Assembly (NCBI GenBank): GCA_031548665.1
Contig: JAVBQW010000029.1
Location: 11,684 to 75,683 of the forward strand
DNA from: Thermoguttaceae bacterium
GTDB taxonomy: Bacteria; Planctomycetota; Planctomycetia; Pirellulales; Thermoguttaceae
Direction of reading: 5' to 3'
Length of the DNA: 64,000 nucleotides
The notes beneath the pieces were generated by a model. The model saw nothing but the letters and a program-made list of their open reading frames with translations, was not told the DNA's origin and did no database searches. Numbering within the stretch: position 1 is the first letter of the stretch; each line of letters starts with the position of its first letter. Of the stretch, positions 52,587 through 59,145 are shown in pieces. A program made the translations under genes and the position numbers.

Positions 52587-54623
52587 TTAATAGAGGCCCG
52601 GATAGGACGTGTTGCCCATGTACAGGTTGTAGAAGCCGCCGTAGTTCGCGGTTTCCTGCGGACCGACCTGGGCGCCGAAGTATCCGTACGGATAAGCATT
52701 GCGAGACGGCATCCGCATCGCGGTGTCCGTCGGCATGTACGGCGTGCACCAAGCCTGCATCATCTGCTGGAACATGTCGTTCTGGCCGCCGCCCATCCGT
52801 TGTTCACGACGCTCGGCCCGACGCGCCGCAAGCCGGGCGAACAATCCCTGGCGACGCGGTTGCTGGTCCTTCATCAGGGCCATCAACATGAGAACGTCGG
52901 TCATCGACATTCCACCCTGATTGAAACCACCTCCGCCGTTCATACCGCACATCGTGTACGGATTTCCCCCCATCATGGGATTCATTCCCATCATCGGGTT
53001 CATGCCCATCATGTTCGGATTCGCGTACATCATCATCATCGGGTTCATTCCCATCGCCATGGGATTACCCATCGACGGATTCAGCGAGGCGGTCGGATCG
53101 GTCGGATTCATTCCCCCCATCATGTTCGCGTTGGCGTCGGCGGCGTACATTTGGGCGTACGGAGCGTAAGCACCGAACATTTGCATTTGCTGCAACTGTT
53201 GCATCTGCTGCTGCATCTGTTGTTGCTGTGCGGCCTGCGGATTGATCGGCAGCGGAGCCTGAAGGTCGTTGCCCGCAAAGGAATCCTTGGCTTCGCCCTC
53301 CGCAGTCGGCTGCGGCGCCCGGCCCATCAATTGGTCGTTCTGCTGCTGGAGCAATTGAATCTGCTGCTGGAGCTGTTGAATTTGCTGGGCGTAAGCCGCT
53401 TGGTAGGGATTCATCGCAGCACCCATCATCGGATTCATCGCGGGGTTCATGCCGCCCATCATCGGATTCATCACGGGATTCATGCCGCCCATCATCGGAT
53501 TCATCATCGGCATCGGAGCCGCTTGATAACCGACGACGACCATTCCGTAAGGCGTCATCGCGGTGATCGGTCGCGGCTGCTGCATGGCCTGCATCGCTCG
53601 CATCTGCTGCATCATCATCATCGCGGCGGGATCCACGGCCGGAGCCATGGAAGGCCCGGGAATGTTCATGTCGCCGCCCATCGGCCCCATCGGACCGGGC
53701 GGCAGGACCATCCATTGCGGACCGGACTGACGGCAACGGAGCAATCCGCAACCGTTATGCGACGGAGGCATGGAAACCATCGTGAATCCGTTCGGCAGCG
53801 TGAAGCACTGCGGACCGCCGGGCATTCCGGGACCGCAGCCGCTCATTCGGCTGTTCATCGGCATTCCGGACATTCCGTAACCGTCCCCGCCCATCATCGG
53901 ATTGAATCCGACCTGCGTCGTGCAACCGTGAAGACCCGTCTGGTTGATGTATCCGTTGTTACCCATCGGAACCGACGCGGCCTTGAACAAGGGCGACGAG
54001 AACGACCACGCGGTCGGCGTTTTTTCCGACGAGCAGAAAATTCCTGCCTGCGTGATTTCGTTCGGCGTGTTCGCGGTCGGCGTCGCCGGAACGACTTCCT
54101 CGGTGTTCGAGGCGAGTTGAATCGGCGTTTTTTCCTCCGCGGCTTTCAAGGCTTTCGGTTCCTGCAGCGTCAATTCGTCGGAGACGGTCGCTTCCGGAGC
54201 GACCTCCGCTTTCGCCGGATTGGCTTCGGGCAGCGGCTGCGGCAACATCTTCGGCGAGACCGGATAAACCGATTGGTTCACGGTTTTCATCGCCGTCGGA
54301 TACGGAAGATTGTAGGAGGGAAACGCCGTATACGTCGCGACGAACGGCGAAACGATTCCGTTGTCCGGCGACGTGTTCAAACTCCGCGACGCCAATTGAT
54401 TTTGGCTCTTGGCACTCGGCAGGTATTGGATCGATTCCGGCAGCACGACATGGGGAACCATTTCGTACTGGACGTTCGGAACACCTCTGGATATTCCGGC
54501 GGGCGTTCCGGACGCTTTGTGTAGACAATCTCCTCCGAAGGCGGGCAAGCCGAACCCCAATCCGAGGACGAGAATTCCAGCGGTCAACTGTTTCCGGACC
54601 GACTTGTTGCGTTTCTTTTTCAT
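52587..54623 (-). CDS. Secreted or membrane-anchored methionine-rich low-complexity protein (678 aa)
   Basis: ATG with GAGGG 6 nt upstream. N-terminus MKKKRNKSVRKQLTAGILVLGLGFGLPAFG. GC3-rich codons on this strand, unlike the His-rich mirror ORF on the plus strand. MNPMMGG-type repeats and a Q-rich coiled-coil-like stretch. Confidence 0.75.
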   Translation of the reverse strand: MKKKRNKSVRKQLTAGILVLGLGFGLPAFGGDCLHKASGTPAGISRGVPNVQYEMVPHVVLPESIQYLPSAKSQNQLASRSLNTSPDNGIVSPFVATYTAFPSYNLPYPTAMKTVNQSVYPVSPKMLPQPLPEANPAKAEVAPEATVSDELTLQEPKALKAAEEKTPIQLASNTEEVVPATPTANTPNEITQAGIFCSSEKTPTAWSFSSPLFKAASVPMGNNGYINQTGLHGCTTQVGFNPMMGGDGYGMSGMPMNSRMSGCGPGMPGGPQCFTLPNGFTMVSMPPSHNGCGLLRCRQSGPQWMVLPPGPMGPMGGDMNIPGPSMAPAVDPAAMMMMQQMRAMQAMQQPRPITAMTPYGMVVVGYQAAPMPMMNPMMGGMNPVMNPMMGGMNPAMNPMMGAAMNPYQAAYAQQIQQLQQQIQLLQQQNDQLMGRAPQPTAEGEAKDSFAGNDLQAPLPINPQAAQQQQMQQQMQQLQQMQMFGAYAPYAQMYAADANANMMGGMNPTDPTASLNPSMGNPMAMGMNPMMMMYANPNMMGMNPMMGMNPMMGGNPYTMCGMNGGGGFNQGGMSMTDVLMLMALMKDQQPRRQGLFARLAARRAERREQRMGGGQNDMFQQMMQAWCTPYMPTDTAMRMPSRNAYPYGYFGAQVGPQETANYGGFYNLYMGNTSYPGLY

Positions 54624-54862
54624 CTGATCCCTCAGCGTATGTTTTGACGGACTCCATTCCAGGCGCGCAGACGCCGCCGGTTCTTTTCGTATGATCGAAC
54701 CAATCGTTAGGAACCGATTGCGAAACGTACCGGTTTCGACGTATTTTCTCGTCGAGTCGGTCGGGTGATGCCGGTTTGTTCGGTCGATCCGAAGAATCCG
54801 GTCGTTCCGTAGATACCGAACGTTCCGGTTCGGTAAGATTTAAGGGCGATGCAGATAGGAAC

Positions 54863-54983
54863 GTCATCCCCGCGAAGGCGGGGACCCAGACGGAAAACGT
54901 GATTGATCGTTTGCATCCGTCAATAACGTGTGCAAGAACCTATTGGAATCTGCTCTCTAGGTCCCCGCCTGCGCGGGGATGAC
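54863..54983. mobile_element. PAL-A MITE-like element, copy 4 (121 bp)
   Basis: GTCATCCCCGCGAAGGCGGGGACCCAGA…TCTAGGTCCCCGCCTGCGCGGGGATGAC. Confidence 0.9.
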
Positions 54984-55011
54984 GGAATGAGGAGCGAATC
55001 GTTTCGACGGA

Positions 55012-57120
55012 CTATTCTTCGTCTTCCGCGAGGACGGCGGACGCGATGACCTGTTGCTGGATGTTGCCCGGAACGGGTTCGTAACGCAGGAACTCGATTC
55101 CGTAGCTTCCCTGACCGCCGGTCATGCTGGCGAGGGTCCGATTATAGGTCATCACTTCGGCCATCGGAGCCTCGGCGAAAATCGTCGTCATGCCGCCGCC
55201 GGCCGGTTGCGAATCCTTGAAACGACCGCGCCGCGACGGGGTTCCCAAATCGCCGGACACGTCGCCGACGTTCGATTCCGGAACCGTGATTTCCATCTTC
55301 ACGATGGGTTCGAGCAGCACCGGCTTCGCCTTTTGGAAGACTTCCTTGAACGCCATGGAACCGGCCGTTCGGAAAGCGTGTTCGTTCGAGTCGACGTCGT
55401 GATATTTTCCGTGGAACAGTTCGACGGCGACGTCCTGAACCTGATATCCCGCGATGACGCCTTTCGCCATCCGCTCCTTGAATCCCTTTTCGATCGCCGG
55501 GAAAAAGTTCGACGGAATCACGCCGCCGACGATCGAGTCGATCCAGAGGAAATTGTACACCGGATCGTAATGGAACGATTTCATCGACGGGAACATCGCC
55601 TTGTCGCTCGCAAAGGTTTCCGGATCGGTGTCCTTGGGGAACGGATACATCCGGATATGAACTTCGCCGAACTGGCCGGCGCCGCCGGACTGCTTTTTAT
55701 GGCGGTACATGCCTTCCGTTTTCGGGGTTTGAATCGTTTCCCGATAAGCGATCTTCGGTTCCTTCGTGTCGAGTTCGACCTTATCACGCCGTTTGAGCCG
55801 TTCGCGCACCACGGTGAGATGGAGTTCGCTCATTCCGGTGATCACGAGCTGTTTCGTCTGCTCGTTCCGTTCCGTGACGAAAGTCGGATCTTCCTGCGAA
55901 ATCTTCGCCAAGGCTCCGGAAAGCTTCGCTTCGTCGCCGCGGCTCTTCGGTTGAGCGGCGAGTCCGACCATCGGGGTCGGGAACGGGAATCGGTCCATCG
56001 TGAAATCGCCGAGCGTTGCGCAGGTTTCAAGTTCTTCGATTTTCGCGACGGCGACGATCATTCCGGGGCCGGCTTCGTCGATCGGTTTCGTTTCGTTCGC
56101 CTGCATTTGGAAAAGCTGCGCGATCTTGATGCCCCGGCGACTGGTCGACGCGGCGAGCGGCTGCCCGTTTTTGAGGGTTCCGCTGTAGACCCGGATGAAA
56201 TTGAGCTTCTGAACGAACGGGTCGATTCGGGTCTTGAAAACTTGCGCGATGACCGGACCGTTCGGATCGGCGACGATTTCGGTTTCTTCACCGGCCTGAT
56301 TTTTCGCTTTACGAACGACCATATCCGGCGGGAGCGCGCAGAGGGGCAGGGCGTCCATCATTTCCTTGAATCCGGCCTTCGTTTTCGCGGAGAGACAGAG
56401 GATCGGAATCAATACGCCTTGGTGAATCGCCTTCTTCATCAGATCGGCGAGCTCGGCGCCGGAGGGAATTTCGCCTTCGAAGTATTTTTCCATGACGGCG
56501 TCGTCGACCGTAACAATCGCTTCGATCAGCGATTCGTTGACTTTTTTCGGATCGAGAACCGCTCCCTCCGCATCGGCGGGGGGATCGAGCGTACTGACAA
56601 CGCCCTTGAAGGAATGTCCCTGACCGATCGGAACGTTCAACGGCACGCATTCCGGCCCGAAAACGTCCTTGATCAGCTTCAGGAGCTTCTCGAAGTCGAC
56701 GTTCTCGTTGTCCATGTTGTTGATAATGATCATTCGTCCAAGTCCGGCTTTTTCCGCTTCGGCGAAGACCCGACGCGTGTTGACCTGAATTCCGGCTTGG
56801 GCGTTGATCACAATGGCCGCGGTGTCGACACCGTACAGGGCGCCGACCGTCTGCCCGATGAAGTCGGGATAGCCCGGCGTGTCAACCACGTTGAAGAGTT
56901 TTCCGGCGTGTTCGAAATGGATCACGCTCGCTTCGATCGTATATTTATGGACTTTTTCCTCTTCGTCGAAGTCGCAGATGCTCGTTCCGTCGTCGACGCT
57001 CGCTAAACGCTTGACCAAGCCGGTTTCGTGGAGAATGGTGTCCGCAATCGTCGTTTTTCCCGAGCCTCCGTGTCCGCAAAGGGCGATGTTCCGAATATCC
57101 GCAACGCTGTACTTGGCCAT
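55012..57120 (-). CDS. Elongation factor G paralog (EF-G II-like translational GTPase)
   Basis: Start at MAKYSVADIRNIALCGHGGSGKTT. G3 reads DTPGYPDF and G4 reads NNMD. EF-G domains II to V are recognisable (…RVYSGTL…, …GELHL-like MSELHLTVV…, C-terminal LEPIVKMEITVP). Confidence 0.85.
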   Translation of the reverse strand: MAKYSVADIRNIALCGHGGSGKTTIADTILHETGLVKRLASVDDGTSICDFDEEEKVHKYTIEASVIHFEHAGKLFNVVDTPGYPDFIGQTVGALYGVDTAAIVINAQAGIQVNTRRVFAEAEKAGLGRMIIINNMDNENVDFEKLLKLIKDVFGPECVPLNVPIGQGHSFKGVVSTLDPPADAEGAVLDPKKVNESLIEAIVTVDDAVMEKYFEGEIPSGAELADLMKKAIHQGVLIPILCLSAKTKAGFKEMMDALPLCALPPDMVVRKAKNQAGEETEIVADPNGPVIAQVFKTRIDPFVQKLNFIRVYSGTLKNGQPLAASTSRRGIKIAQLFQMQANETKPIDEAGPGMIVAVAKIEELETCATLGDFTMDRFPFPTPMVGLAAQPKSRGDEAKLSGALAKISQEDPTFVTERNEQTKQLVITGMSELHLTVVRERLKRRDKVELDTKEPKIAYRETIQTPKTEGMYRHKKQSGGAGQFGEVHIRMYPFPKDTDPETFASDKAMFPSMKSFHYDPVYNFLWIDSIVGGVIPSNFFPAIEKGFKERMAKGVIAGYQVQDVAVELFHGKYHDVDSNEHAFRTAGSMAFKEVFQKAKPVLLEPIVKMEITVPESNVGDVSGDLGTPSRRGRFKDSQPAGGGMTTIFAEAPMAEVMTYNRTLASMTGGQGSYGIEFLRYEPVPGNIQQQVIASAVLAEDEE

Positions 57121-57263
57121 AAAATGTTCCTTGTCGACGAAAATGGATGAAAAAGAGGATCGGAAAACGAGAAACCTGCATTTTACAGAGAATCCCGACA
57201 GGTTCAATCCCCCGAACCAACCGCGTTTTCGGTGTTTGGGTGAGAAGGGGACCTTTTCAGGAT

Positions 57264-57285
57264 CGGGACCGCAGGTCCCGGCTCT
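57264..57285. repeat. PAL-B hairpin downstream of the FGGY kinase gene
   Basis: CGGGACC-GCA-GGTCCCGGCTCT. Confidence 0.85.
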
Positions 57286-57307
57286 GCGTTGATTTTTTCG
57301 GCCGTTC

Positions 57308-58804
57308 CTATTTGTCGGCGATGTAACCCTGCTCCACCATGAGGGTCACGAAATTCTCAAAATGTTCGTTGTAGGCACCGACCAGCTCCGAACGAGGAAA
57401 GAACATCTTTTCCGTGCTGATCATCGCCTCGGCGGTTTCTGCAAGCGAAGGAAAATAGACGCCCATCGCCCCCATCATGGCGGCTCCGAAGGCGGCTCCG
57501 GCGCGTCCGACCATTCGACGATTGACTCGACCGGTCATGTCGGCTCGACTTTGCATCCAAGAATCGGAAGCACTCCAGTCGCCGCCGGAGTAGATGTCGC
57601 CCTGAGAACCTTTGGCGTCGGCGAGTTTGTCGAGTTTTTGATAGCAGAGCCGTTCGAAGAAGGCCGTTCCTTGCAAACATGACGCAAACTGCACGACTCG
57701 ATTGTCGGTAGCCGGAGAAATAAATCCTTCGGCGCTCCCGGAGACGAAGGGAAACGTTTCGCCTTTTCGAGCGTTGGGATACGCCAGATAATCCGTGGGA
57801 AGCAGATTCTGCGCCTGGTGTTCGAGTTCCGTGAACGCGCCGTCGGAAAACCAGACCTTGATCCATTCGGCCCCGGTTTTGCTTTCCGTCGTGAAGAACC
57901 AAGCGTGATTCGGCAACTTGAAACTTCGGATTTGTCCGCTCGAAAAATTGATCAATTTCGGCGAAATGCCGCTGATCGACATGCCGTCGTGAAGAATCGT
58001 GTAAAAGTCGCCCTGCCGCCGCGCTCCGGAAGCGAGAAACGATGCCGTGTCGGAAGTCGTTCCCATCACAACCGGGATTCCAGCGGGCAAACCGGTCAGG
58101 GACGACGCCTTGGCATTGACTTTGCCGACCGGACGTCCCAAGGGAACCAGCTTGGGAAGCCGATCGCGAACGCCCAAATGCAGATCGTAGTCGAGCCAGT
58201 CCGGCCAACATTCGTCGATCAGGTCGCAACCGGTTCGCATGGCGATCGAGTATTCCGTGCAATCGATCTCGCCCTTGAGCATTCCGAGAATATAGTCCGT
58301 CGGATGCGCGAAATAAGCGTTTTCGTAAAGCTCCGGAAGATTGTCCTTGATCCAGGAGATTTTGGCGATCGCGTAATCGGCTTGAAACTGGAACCCCATT
58401 TTTTTGCAGTGTTCCTGACCGAGATAATTCAAGCTCGGAACCTGATCGACCGCGCGGACGTCGTCGCCGAGGATCGCCGGCATCAAGGGATTGCCGCGTT
58501 TGTCGAGAACCAGAATGGGACCGGGATCTCCACAGACGGAAATCGCCTTCAACTGGCTCGGACTGGAAACCTTTGAACGGAGTTGATTGATCAATTGTCC
58601 CAACGCCGAACGGGTCGCGTCCCACCAAACTTCCGGACTCAGTTCGCTGTATCCTTTGACCGTGACCGGATGGCGTTGCACAGCAAACGGAGCATGCGTT
58701 TCGCAAAGAATAACGCCGTTTTCCGTGACGGCGGCGACGTTCACTCGATCCGCCGCCAAATGAATTCCAAGAAAAACAGCCGCTTGGGTGGGAGTCGTAC
58801 TCAT
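57308..58804 (-). CDS. FGGY-family carbohydrate kinase (xylulokinase-like)
   Basis: Start at MSTTPTQAAVFLGIHLAADRV. GTTSDTASFLASGA, IYSGGDWSASDSWMQSRADMTGR and GAAFGAAMMGAMG match FGGY C-terminal blocks. The N-terminal phosphate-1 motif is divergent. Confidence 0.7.
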   Translation of the reverse strand: MSTTPTQAAVFLGIHLAADRVNVAAVTENGVILCETHAPFAVQRHPVTVKGYSELSPEVWWDATRSALGQLINQLRSKVSSPSQLKAISVCGDPGPILVLDKRGNPLMPAILGDDVRAVDQVPSLNYLGQEHCKKMGFQFQADYAIAKISWIKDNLPELYENAYFAHPTDYILGMLKGEIDCTEYSIAMRTGCDLIDECWPDWLDYDLHLGVRDRLPKLVPLGRPVGKVNAKASSLTGLPAGIPVVMGTTSDTASFLASGARRQGDFYTILHDGMSISGISPKLINFSSGQIRSFKLPNHAWFFTTESKTGAEWIKVWFSDGAFTELEHQAQNLLPTDYLAYPNARKGETFPFVSGSAEGFISPATDNRVVQFASCLQGTAFFERLCYQKLDKLADAKGSQGDIYSGGDWSASDSWMQSRADMTGRVNRRMVGRAGAAFGAAMMGAMGVYFPSLAETAEAMISTEKMFFPRSELVGAYNEHFENFVTLMVEQGYIADK

Positions 58805-58933
58805 AGACGAAAACTGCAGGAAGGAACCGAAAGAGAAACAAACATTCAGTCTAACGAAAAGCCCCTCTTGTGCCAAGAGGGTGTCGAATGATGAACGACC
58901 GATGGGTGCCGTATCTCGCCGGAACAAAACCGC

Positions 58934-58961
58934 TTGTCTCCCGGGAACAATACGGTAGAAT
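58934..58961 (+). promoter_or_regulatory. Possible promoter TTGTCT-N16-TAGAAT reading into the tandem repeat array and the ATPase gene
   Basis: Boxes at 58934-58939 and 58956-58961. Confidence 0.3.
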
Positions 58962-58984
58962 TGACGTTGTTTGGAGGACGACAA

Positions 58985-59120
58985 GACCGGAGTACCGGCT
59001 AAATGAGGACCGGGGTACCGGCTAAATAAGGACCGGAGTACCGGCTAAATAAGGACCGGAGTACCGGCTAAATAAGGACCGGGGTACCGGCTAAATGAGG
59101 ACCGGAGTACCGGCTAAAAT
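58985..59120. repeat. Tandem array of about 5.9 PAL-G units of 23 bp (GACCGGRGTACCGGCTAAATRAG)
   Basis: Units start at 58985, 59008, 59031, 59054, 59077 and 59100 and abut directly. The unit is the reverse complement of the 23-mer at 15914 and 37991. Confidence 0.95.
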
Positions 59121-59145
59121 TTTCCTTTTTGTATCGAGAGGTTCA

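Noticed and set aside
52173-54524. 783-aa plus-strand His/Arg-rich ORF mirroring the Met-rich gene
   Set aside because: CAT (His) is simply the complement of ATG (Met). Third-codon positions are GC-poor on this strand and GC-rich on the minus strand. It overlaps the xylR-like gene end and has no start context. The minus ORF has an RBS and a signal-anchor.
55054-57006. 650-aa plus-strand ORF opposite the EF-G paralog
   Set aside because: Shadow ORF. The minus strand encodes clear GTPase and EF-G domains.
57357-58841. 494-aa minus-strand ORF in an alternative frame of the FGGY kinase gene
   Set aside because: It is on the same strand but in another frame. The translation is Arg/Ser-rich nonsense, whereas the 57308..58804 frame carries FGGY blocks.
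58985-59120. 23-bp tandem array as a possible CRISPR array
   Set aside because: Units abut directly with no spacers and no cas genes are nearby. The unit is a member of the dispersed PAL-G repeat family.
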